IMG/VR virus record: IMGVR_UViG_3300049846_000628
Coordinates: 62,001 to 126,000 of that record
Length of the DNA: 64,000 nt
Reading direction: 5' to 3' (one strand)
Under the pieces are notes generated by a model that had not been told where the DNA came from, searched no databases, and saw nothing but the letters and a program-made list of their open reading frames with translations. Position numbers and translations under genes: made by a program. Positions 8,489-15,750 of the stretch are shown here, one piece after another (within the stretch, counting starts at the first letter, position 1; every line of letters starts with the position of its first letter).

Positions 8489-9001
8489 TTACACCCAAGA
8501 TGGTCGTCTTTCGGGCAGTCGAAGGTAGTTGTCCTTCACCCAAGGTTTTGAAGCAATGTACCTTTTATATGCAGTAAAGGTATCAATACTCTCATCAAAT
8601 TTCCATTCTTCAGGCATTGCCCTTGCGAACGGAGTTACTTCTGGAATCTTTCCTTTTGGAAACAAATAGAAAGCATCTACAAGAGTCTTGTAGCAGGAGT
8701 GAGTTTTATTATACCGCAAAGTGTACTCATCGCACAAGTTGAGACCCCACTTAATCAACCAATAGGCATTATGGATGTTTTCCATTGCCCATTTGGTGCA
8801 GGGATGATTGCGGAATGCACCTTTTTCAGTTTTGTAAGGGGTATGGTCAGTTTTGTACAAGTAACCATACCCGTACCCCCATTTTTCCGATGCAACGATA
8901 GAAAGCATTTGGCAGCATTCTAAGGGCATCTTGACGATGTGCTTATCGGGGAGACAAATAGCACTTTCTGCAGGCCAAGGGGAGGTAACGAAGATATTCA
9001 T
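8489..9001 (-). CDS. Pyrimidine-dimer DNA glycosylase-like protein (DenV/Pyr_excise-like)
   Basis: MNIF...LPDKHIVKMPLECCQMLS...NHPCTKWA...EYTLRYNKTH matches the recalled family pattern; start taken at MNIF (9001). Confidence 0.7.
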   Translation of the reverse strand: MNIFVTSPWPAESAICLPDKHIVKMPLECCQMLSIVASEKWGYGYGYLYKTDHTPYKTEKGAFRNHPCTKWAMENIHNAYWLIKWGLNLCDEYTLRYNKTHSCYKTLVDAFYLFPKGKIPEVTPFARAMPEEWKFDESIDTFTAYKRYIASKPWVKDNYLRLPERRPSWV

Positions 9002-9426
9002 CAGAGACAATACTTTTGAACAACATACTTCACTTTTTCTGGTTTATCTTCCATCCAATATGCTTCGTGCTCCATCTTAGCAGATGCAACAGATACCTTT
9101 GTAGAATTTTTAATATCTTGATATTTTGCATCTGGTATTTGCATTTGTTTTTGAGAAATACCAAAAGGTTTATATCCATTGCACATATGACCCACATGAA
9201 CTGCTTCATGATATAGAGTTTCATTTATATAAAACTGTTTATCATACCCACTGTTTTTTATGTTATTGGTGCATATTATAAACTTTTTACCAAAGTCTAC
9301 ATAACCAAATATATCTTTATTACTCCTACAAAATCCAACATTTTCTCTGACTGAATATTTTGCTTTATAAATTTGATTGAGAATGTCTTTGGCTTGAGGG
9401 GTGAGATAAAGAAGAAATTCCATCAT
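9001..9426 (-). CDS. Hypothetical protein with zincin HExxH motif
   Basis: 141 aa; TLYHEAVHVGH and a downstream EHEAY. Confidence 0.6.
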   Translation of the reverse strand: MMEFLLYLTPQAKDILNQIYKAKYSVRENVGFCRSNKDIFGYVDFGKKFIICTNNIKNSGYDKQFYINETLYHEAVHVGHMCNGYKPFGISQKQMQIPDAKYQDIKNSTKVSVASAKMEHEAYWMEDKPEKVKYVVQKYCL

Positions 9427-10115
9427 TCAAAAGTAGAATCAGGTTCCAGAGCAATATAATACTTCAGGTTGTACTTAGTGTTCGTGAACTGAGACAAAAG
9501 TTTAGAAGACACAACTACATCATAGGCACCAGGAATAATCTTGATGTTTTCTACCTTGAAGTTGAAAGTGAATTCAGCATCAGTCTCACCAACCACGATA
9601 GCGTATTCGTTAGAAGTATCGTTCTTCTTATCACGAACCACCAGTTTGATCACACCCGCTTCACCAACAGCAGATAGGTCGGGAAGTTGATATACTGCAG
9701 CTGCCTTAACCAGTTTTTCCAAAGAAGTGCTATCTAGTTGGAAACAAACATCTTGAGAAGGGAGTTGAATTTCTTTATCGGGAGGAGAAATAATCACGTT
9801 AGGATCAGCATAGAAATACTTCACCCGACGCTTACCTTCTTTGATACTAAGATAAGATTCTTCAGTAAAGTCTAGGTCAGGATCTTGGTGCAGACTCAGA
9901 CCATTCAGAAACTGATTTAGATCGTAGATAGCAAAGTCACGAGGAAACTCTTCAGTGATGTCTGCCTCAGCAAGAATGTTCTTCGCAACAGAAATAGTAC
10001 GAAGTTGAGTACCCTTCTTTACAAGAATGGAGTTGTTGATACCCGCAAAGTTCTTGAGCAGAGCAAGGGTATTATCAGAGAGTTTCATAGTTTTGTCTTG
10101 GAGTTTCATAATCAA
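9423..10115 (-). CDS. gp45: Sliding clamp
   Basis: MKLSDNTLALLKNFAGINNSIL, FAIYDLNQFL and YYIALEPDS; near gp44 and gp62. Confidence 0.95.
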   Translation of the reverse strand: MIMKLQDKTMKLSDNTLALLKNFAGINNSILVKKGTQLRTISVAKNILAEADITEEFPRDFAIYDLNQFLNGLSLHQDPDLDFTEESYLSIKEGKRRVKYFYADPNVIISPPDKEIQLPSQDVCFQLDSTSLEKLVKAAAVYQLPDLSAVGEAGVIKLVVRDKKNDTSNEYAIVVGETDAEFTFNFKVENIKIIPGAYDVVVSSKLLSQFTNTKYNLKYYIALEPDSTFE

Positions 10116-10465
10116 CGGAATTCAGTCAGACCATTATCTTTGCGAGAATAGTGACCATCAAAGTGAAGCAGAAGCATAGCATAATGAATCACTTTGAGAA
10201 GATCACGCTTATTGCGACCATCTTTATCACCATAGCGACTTCCATACTTCAGGATGTTTGCTTGGCAGAATCCAGGAGCAAGATCTTTAGCAGCCATCAA
10301 GTCAATCGTTTGAATATCTTGATACTGATGATTGTGCCCACAATAGTGACTTCCGTAGGTGCTAGTCACATAGTCTTCAATATCTTTAAGAATTTTATCT
10401 TCGTTGTATTTCCAGAGATGATTAGTGTTTTCAGGCATAGTAATAGTAAAGGTTGAATCACTCAT
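10112..10465 (-). CDS. DUF3310-like small protein
   Basis: YGSHY...GFCQANILKYGSRYGDKDG..DLLKVIHY pattern. Confidence 0.65.
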   Translation of the reverse strand: MSDSTFTITMPENTNHLWKYNEDKILKDIEDYVTSTYGSHYCGHNHQYQDIQTIDLMAAKDLAPGFCQANILKYGSRYGDKDGRNKRDLLKVIHYAMLLLHFDGHYSRKDNGLTEFR

Positions 10466-10501
10466 AAAAGGGAAGGCACATTTTTACCTTCCCCAATTAT
10501 A

Positions 10502-11605
10502 TCAGGATTGTGCTTCCTGGTCAACAGGCATTTGGAAGTCAGCATCCACTTTATCATACAGTTCAAGGAAGGACTGCTTGGTTTCGTCATCAAATCGGTT
10601 GACGCACACTTGAATTGCCTTTGCCTTGTCTTGGAAGATGCTGTAGGCACGGATAATGTGGGTCAGGCGGCGGGTGCTGATGATTTCCTCAATACCACCA
10701 TCATAGAAGGTCTTACGGATGATGTCTGCCCAGTCCACAAGACGCTTACAGAAGTCACGGTCTTCCACGCCAAGGTCCAGAGCGATGCCTTCCAGGATCT
10801 TCTGTTCAGTAGCAGGGGCAGGATAGGACTGCTCAAAGGTCACGGGGAAACGCTCAAGGAATGCTTCGTTGAGAACATTGGTGCCGATAAAGCGTCCATC
10901 ATCAGAACCCTTACCTTTGGTGTTAGCGGTGGCGACCACATTAAAACCAGCAGCAGGTTTCACGAAGCGACCGATCTTCTTGAGGAACACACCCTTACCT
11001 TCGAGAATGGATTGCAGGCACAGGATCTTATTAGATGCAAGGTCAATTTCATCCAGCAGCAGGATAGCGCCACGCTCAAGTGCTTCCACCACAGGACCGT
11101 TGTGCCAGACAGTTTCACCGTTCACAAGGCGGAAACCACCAATCAGGTCATCCTCGTCAGTCTCAATAGTGATATTCACACGAATCATTTCACGCTTGAG
11201 TTGAGCACACGCTTGCTCCACCGAGAACGTTTTACCGTTACCCGACAGACCCGTGATAAACGCAGGGTAAAAGATACGGGACTGAATAATTTTTTTAATA
11301 TCACCAAAGTTACCAAACTTGACGAAGGTATCATCTTTATCAGGAATGAGGTTTTGTTCAACAGCAGGCAGAGCAGCGGGTGCTTGATATGCCTGCTCCA
11401 TTTTACCAACAACGCTAGGGGTCACTTCCAGGTTCCAACGACCACGAGCAGTCTTATAACCTTCAAGGCGACGAGTCACGGTCTGATAGTTGAGACTACG
11501 AGAAGCACAGAAACCTTTGAGGTCGCCAGAAGTAATTTCAGAACCATAGAGTTCTTTGATGCTTTCAATGAGTTGCTGGTCGTTCACAGAAGACTTGCGA
11601 GACAT
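10502..11605 (-). CDS. cobS: CobS/MoxR-like AAA+ ATPase
   Basis: Walker A GLSGNGKT, DEDDLIGG, Walker B LLLDEID, ATANTKG, NEAFLERF and ISTRRL. Confidence 0.9.
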   Translation of the reverse strand: MSRKSSVNDQQLIESIKELYGSEITSGDLKGFCASRSLNYQTVTRRLEGYKTARGRWNLEVTPSVVGKMEQAYQAPAALPAVEQNLIPDKDDTFVKFGNFGDIKKIIQSRIFYPAFITGLSGNGKTFSVEQACAQLKREMIRVNITIETDEDDLIGGFRLVNGETVWHNGPVVEALERGAILLLDEIDLASNKILCLQSILEGKGVFLKKIGRFVKPAAGFNVVATANTKGKGSDDGRFIGTNVLNEAFLERFPVTFEQSYPAPATEQKILEGIALDLGVEDRDFCKRLVDWADIIRKTFYDGGIEEIISTRRLTHIIRAYSIFQDKAKAIQVCVNRFDDETKQSFLELYDKVDADFQMPVDQEAQS

Positions 11606-11648
11606 AATGTAGTTAGGTGGTTTTGTTAACTGAAGATATTATAGCAAT

Positions 11649-11673
11649 AAAAAAGGGGCAACCAAGTGCCCCT
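11649..11673 (-). terminator. Intrinsic terminator immediately followed by TATAAT (11643-11638)
   Basis: AGGGGCA-6nt-TGCCCCT then TTTTTATTGC-TATAAT on the minus strand. Confidence 0.7.
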
Positions 11674-11676
11674 TAT

Positions 11677-11693
11677 GACAGTTTGGAAAGTGG
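11677..11693. repeat. Conserved 17-bp dyad-like motif, copy 1
   Basis: GACAGTTTGGAAAGTGG, 16/17 identical to 14093-14109; both copies sit just upstream of a hairpin plus TATAAT. Confidence 0.7.
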
Positions 11694-11858
11694 TTACCTA
11701 GTTTTTTTCTTTGAAAATTTAACCGATACTGGTCTCTCAAATGGAGTGCCCTCTTGAACAATTCCATCACCATCACGATCTCTTGCGTCCTCATTATAAC
11801 CATCCAACGTTTCAAGATCTGGTGTTTTTTCTGTGTACAAGTCTGAGAATCTGCTCAT
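11694..11858 (-). CDS. 54-aa ORF with a DxDxDG motif (not in ORF track)
   Basis: Hand translation MSRFSDLYTEKTPDLETLDGYNEDARDRDGDGIVQEGTPFERPVSVKFSKKKTR*; ATAAATA at 11890-11884 upstream. Confidence 0.7.
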   Translation of the reverse strand: MSRFSDLYTEKTPDLETLDGYNEDARDRDGDGIVQEGTPFERPVSVKFSKKKTR

Positions 11859-11883
11859 TAGACCTAATAGAATTCCTTAAAAT

Positions 11884-11890
11884 TATTTAT
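11884..11890 (-). promoter_or_regulatory. Late promoter ATAAATA
   Basis: Overlaps the stop of the vWA gene, upstream of the 54-aa ORF. Confidence 0.55.
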
Positions 11891-14034
11891 CAGGCAACAA
11901 GTTCCACAAACTCACCAAGAATCTTCTTGTTCATCTTTTTAGATTTCAGACTCTTCACAAAAGCAGATTTGATTTGAGACTTGGTAGCATCTTCTGCAAC
12001 TTCAAACTCACTGTTCTGGGCAAGGGCATTAGCAGAGAGACCAAAGTAAGAATGATAACCAGACTTCTTGATGGTAAATGCCTTTTCTTTTTTCCAAGCA
12101 GACATCACTTTTTCATAATCAGGTCCATAAAACCCACAATAGCGGCGAATAAAACTACCAGCATCACGCGATTCAAGAACACGAATACCAATGAAGTTGA
12201 TATCGGTAAACCTATCCCGAAGATTGCGAAGCATAACATCAGTGAACTCGTGATAATCACAATCACAAGAATAGGTCATACCAGTCTTACGGTCACGGAT
12301 GAAAGCATTAGGACCGATATGTGAGGTGCCCATAAAAGCATCTTCCTCCCAGCGACGTTGAATTTCACGGTGATACTTGAGCATCGCACCCTCACCATCA
12401 GTCAGAATCACACACTGAACTTTCTGGAGTTTGTTTTCCTTCTGGAACTTAGGAAGAATCTGGTGAAGAGAAATCAGTGCCTCATTCAGGGGGGTGCCCG
12501 AAAGACTCATACCCATAGGAGGCTGATAGGAAACGTGAGAATGATAACGGAAGGAAGCAGCAAGACGGAAGATATTCTTCATCTGCTCATCCAGAGTCTT
12601 ACTGTTCACTTTACTGGTGAGAAGATTCATCATAGAGAACCATTCGCCAACCTGAACAAGACCATCCTTTTTCTTATAGGCAAGTTCGCGGATATTTGCC
12701 TTACCGTCCTCATCATACTTCACCAGAGGATAATCAGTAGTGAAAGCATAAACCTCAAATGGAATTGCAACTTTTTTACAGAACCAAACAAGGTTGAACA
12801 GTTGCTTGACCGTATCCATCATCACTTCACACATAGAACCAGACCAGTCCAGTACAAACACCAGACCGTGATTCTTACCATCAGAAAGAGTGGTGACTTT
12901 TTTGAAAAGGTCTTCGTTGTATTTGTAGGTATGAAGTTTGGTGCAGTCCAGAACACCAGTGCGAGCAGTTGTAGCACGGGCATAGGAATCTGCTGCCTTG
13001 CGGCACTCAAACTCTTTCACCAGATAGTTGACTTCCTTCTGAGCAGAACGCTTGAATTCTACAAAATCCCTATCAACTCCACCAAATACATCCTCAGATT
13101 TCCATTCACGGTCTACAAGGAAAGAATCCCAAGATTCTTTACACCTATCGTGAATCTCTGCATTGGAGACAATAATTTTATTCAGGTCAAGTTTAGGCAG
13201 TTCCAGATAGACATTCTCATACCCATCATTATTAATAAGTTCCTTGAGTGCTTCCTCAAGATTTTCCATCGTCTTGACTTCAGGTTCCTCACCAACATCA
13301 GGACTCTGAGCAGTAGGTTGCTTCTCTTGCCCAGTTTCACTAGAGGTAGGAGATTCGGAAGTTTCATCCTGAGGTTGGTCATTCTCACCTTCCTGCTGGT
13401 CTGTAAAATCAGAAGCAAGTTGTTGACTCGCACCAGAATCCTGCGATTCCAGATTATCCATCGGAGTCTTGGTTTCTTCCTCTTGCTTGTGCTTGCAATA
13501 CTTATAAAGTGCCTCTGCAGCAATCAGAACATCGGCAAAGGTCTCAGTATCAGCAATCAGATTGATAATCTCAGTCTCTTCGCCACGCTCAATCGGCACA
13601 TCAACATAGTTACCAACCTTGAACCACAGGTTTGCACGGTCGGCAAGATTGTAAGTATCCAGATTATCATCCTTGATTTGGAAGAAATCTTCATCGGCAA
13701 GTTCTTTATATCCGTTATAAAAACTTTTAGGGGAACCTGGATATTTTCTTTTACAAAGTTTTTCTACCCGCACATCCTCACAAATATTTACAAAAGTCGC
13801 TGGGACTTTACATTCTTTAGTCCAATCATAATTTGGGGTCCAAAGGGCGTGGCTAATTTCGTGCAAAACAAGCATAGTGTAAATATTATCACTTGCTTTT
13901 TCCCACATAGGTAAGGTCAATACCCTTGTATGGACATTAAAACAAGCAGTCTCTACCTTCTTGTGCTCAACCACAAGGTCTTCAGTAGCAAGCAGTTTAG
14001 CAAGTTGGGACTTGATTTCGTGGCGGACGGTCAT
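11890..14034 (-). CDS. CobT-like vWA-domain protein with an N-terminal HExxH metallopeptidase-like region
   Basis: HEISH near the N-terminus, an acidic linker, then MIDAS elements DWSGS, SGTP and LTDGE; adjacent to cobS. Start taken at MTVRHEIK (14034). Confidence 0.85.
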   Translation of the reverse strand: MTVRHEIKSQLAKLLATEDLVVEHKKVETACFNVHTRVLTLPMWEKASDNIYTMLVLHEISHALWTPNYDWTKECKVPATFVNICEDVRVEKLCKRKYPGSPKSFYNGYKELADEDFFQIKDDNLDTYNLADRANLWFKVGNYVDVPIERGEETEIINLIADTETFADVLIAAEALYKYCKHKQEEETKTPMDNLESQDSGASQQLASDFTDQQEGENDQPQDETSESPTSSETGQEKQPTAQSPDVGEEPEVKTMENLEEALKELINNDGYENVYLELPKLDLNKIIVSNAEIHDRCKESWDSFLVDREWKSEDVFGGVDRDFVEFKRSAQKEVNYLVKEFECRKAADSYARATTARTGVLDCTKLHTYKYNEDLFKKVTTLSDGKNHGLVFVLDWSGSMCEVMMDTVKQLFNLVWFCKKVAIPFEVYAFTTDYPLVKYDEDGKANIRELAYKKKDGLVQVGEWFSMMNLLTSKVNSKTLDEQMKNIFRLAASFRYHSHVSYQPPMGMSLSGTPLNEALISLHQILPKFQKENKLQKVQCVILTDGEGAMLKYHREIQRRWEEDAFMGTSHIGPNAFIRDRKTGMTYSCDCDYHEFTDVMLRNLRDRFTDINFIGIRVLESRDAGSFIRRYCGFYGPDYEKVMSAWKKEKAFTIKKSGYHSYFGLSANALAQNSEFEVAEDATKSQIKSAFVKSLKSKKMNKKILGEFVELVA

Positions 14035-14062
14035 AGGTCTGATTCGTATAAGACTATTATAC

Positions 14063-14087
14063 AAAAAAAGGAGATCCGAAGACCTCC
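14063..14087 (-). terminator. Intrinsic terminator with a cUUCGg loop, followed by TATAAT (14061-14056)
   Basis: GGAGGTC-TTCG-GATCTCC-TTTTTTT on the minus strand. Confidence 0.85.
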
Positions 14088-14092
14088 GTGTG

Positions 14093-14109
14093 GACAGTTT
14101 GGGAAGTGG
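14093..14109. repeat. Conserved 17-bp dyad-like motif, copy 2
   Basis: GACAGTTTGGGAAGTGG; see copy 1. Confidence 0.7.
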
Positions 14110-14111
14110 AT

Positions 14112-14678
14112 TCAGACTCCACGCATTTGCATTGCCGAGGTATTAGCTCTATCTAATGCAGCACCAGGATTCTGCTTACCTGGAGTATACTTATGGGCAG
14201 ATCCAGGTTCTCTTTTATTCATCTCACCAACTTTACCCACTAAGTATTTTTGTCTGGCAGTTAAATCTTGCTCAACAATGCTCTTCTTCCACTCTTCACT
14301 CATATTCGCCATAATAGCAAGTGCTGCTTGATTAGTATCAGCGTAACCTTCTGCGACCAGGTGCTCAAGAATAACATCAAAAAAATCAAAGGATTCTTTT
14401 TGATCTTCCTTTTTAGGCATTCTAGCGCCAGTTTTATGTCTTTCTACACCAGCAGAATCTCTATAAGTTTCTCTTTCGGGTCTTGGGGAAACATAACCTA
14501 CACCAGGAACATTTCCAGTTTTTCCTTGCTTTCTAGCTTCGTTTCTTGCTGCTGCTCTTTGTGCTGCTCTTTGACGATTTCTATCGTAAGAAGACATAGC
14601 TTCATCAAGTTGCTCTTGATTTTCATATACAGCATTAAATGCTTCCATCAAACCTGCATATTCTTTTTGAATGTCCAT
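14112..14678 (-). CDS. Hypothetical late protein; paralog of 14710-15585
   Basis: 188 aa; N-terminal LMEAFNAVYE and internal FDFFDVILEHLVAEGY; TATAAATA upstream. Confidence 0.8.
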   Translation of the reverse strand: MDIQKEYAGLMEAFNAVYENQEQLDEAMSSYDRNRQRAAQRAAARNEARKQGKTGNVPGVGYVSPRPERETYRDSAGVERHKTGARMPKKEDQKESFDFFDVILEHLVAEGYADTNQAALAIMANMSEEWKKSIVEQDLTARQKYLVGKVGEMNKREPGSAHKYTPGKQNPGAALDRANTSAMQMRGV

Positions 14679-14698
14679 TTCTGCTAATACTTTTTAGT

Positions 14699-14706
14699 TA
14701 TTTATA
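14699..14706 (-). promoter_or_regulatory. T4-type late promoter TATAAATA
   Basis: Exact consensus, followed by N3-AAAAAGTAT. Confidence 0.75.
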
Positions 14707-14709
14707 AGA

Positions 14710-15585
14710 TCAATATACTTTGTAATTCTTTCCACTCCAACTAAATGTAGATCCCATTCCACCTTTTGCCTTTGCAGCACCATATGCTTTATCAAAGGAT
14801 TGAGCTCTTGTTAATCCCTGATCAGGATTTTTTGGACCTTGCTTTGGTTTATAATCACCTCTCTTTAAAGCACCGGAGAGAGTTGCATCTCCAGTAGGTC
14901 TAGGAGCCATTACTGAAGCAGCAACACCTGCGGGAGTAATGTTCCTTACTGCTGCAGCTGCGCCTAAAGTTTTAGCAGCTGGTTCAGCAACTTTTCTTCC
15001 CTGATCAGCAAATCTTCTTAGTTCGGGAAACTTATCCATATTTGGACCAGTAGCACGAACAGTTGCTCCAGGTCTATATGGATTTGGCTTTGAAGTTGTT
15101 GGTTTTGCAGTTGCCTTTACAGGTGGTTTAGGTGCTTTTACTTGAACTGGTTTGTTTGGGTAAAGCATTTTTTTCAAACCACGAGCAAATACTTCTGTTG
15201 GATGTGGTTTATCAAATCCAAGAAGATTTGCAATCCCTCTACCAATAACTTCTTGTGGATGCATACCTTGCTCCACAACATAAGTCATAATGTACTTAGA
15301 TTCTTCTACTGTACATCCTTCACTAACAAGATATTCAAATACCTCATCATAGATATCAAAATCCTCATCAATTAATTCACCTTCTAGTTCATAATGTGCG
15401 TTTTGTACATTTGCACTCTTAGATGGTGTTAAAGGAACAACTTTTCCCCCACCATATTTTGGATTTTTATCTATTATTTTCTGAAGAGTTGCATCAGGAT
15501 TATCGGTAGGAACACCAATCTTTTGCTCATAAACTTTTTGATATGCTTCCACCAAATCTTGATATTTTTTACCGTACATTTTCAA
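14710..15585 (-). CDS. Hypothetical late protein; paralog of 14112-14678
   Basis: 291 aa; LVEAYQKVYE and DFDIYDEVFEYLVSEG; Lys/Pro/Gly-rich C-terminus; TATAAATA upstream. Confidence 0.8.
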   Translation of the reverse strand: MKMYGKKYQDLVEAYQKVYEQKIGVPTDNPDATLQKIIDKNPKYGGGKVVPLTPSKSANVQNAHYELEGELIDEDFDIYDEVFEYLVSEGCTVEESKYIMTYVVEQGMHPQEVIGRGIANLLGFDKPHPTEVFARGLKKMLYPNKPVQVKAPKPPVKATAKPTTSKPNPYRPGATVRATGPNMDKFPELRRFADQGRKVAEPAAKTLGAAAAVRNITPAGVAASVMAPRPTGDATLSGALKRGDYKPKQGPKNPDQGLTRAQSFDKAYGAAKAKGGMGSTFSWSGKNYKVY

Positions 15586-15595
15586 AAGATACTTT

Positions 15596-15739
15596 TTAGA
15601 TATTTATAAAAAAAACACCCCTTTCGGAGTGCTTTTTCTTGAAGGCTTTGAGTCGTGCCTTTGCTTGTCGAAGTGCTTGCGGTTTCAGTTTCCGTTTCTG
15701 CTCCTTCTTGGAATGGTGCTGCCAGTTTGGGACTTTCAT
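15596..15739 (-). CDS. 47-aa basic peptide (not in ORF track)
   Basis: Hand translation MKVPNWQHHSKKEQKRKLKPQALRQAKARLKAFKKKHSERGVFFINI*; begins 11 nt after the gp46 stop. Confidence 0.65.
   Translation of the reverse strand: MKVPNWQHHSKKEQKRKLKPQALRQAKARLKAFKKKHSERGVFFINI
15601..15608 (-). promoter_or_regulatory. T4-type late promoter TATAAATA
   Basis: Exact consensus, followed by N3-AAAAAGTAT as at 14699. Confidence 0.75.
15608..15633 (-). terminator. Intrinsic terminator with a GAAA loop after the gp47/gp46 unit
   Basis: AGCACTCC-GAAA-GGGGTGTT-TTTTT on the minus strand. Confidence 0.7.
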
Positions 15740-15750
15740 CGGTCTTGTGC

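Noticed and set aside
10508-11629. 373-aa + strand ORF
   Set aside because: It is the antisense shadow of cobS in codon register, explained by codon bias of the sense gene; no recognisable motifs or expression signals.
12358-13914. 518-aa + strand ORF
   Set aside because: It is the antisense shadow of the vWA gene, with hydrophobic composition typical of reverse frames and no motifs.
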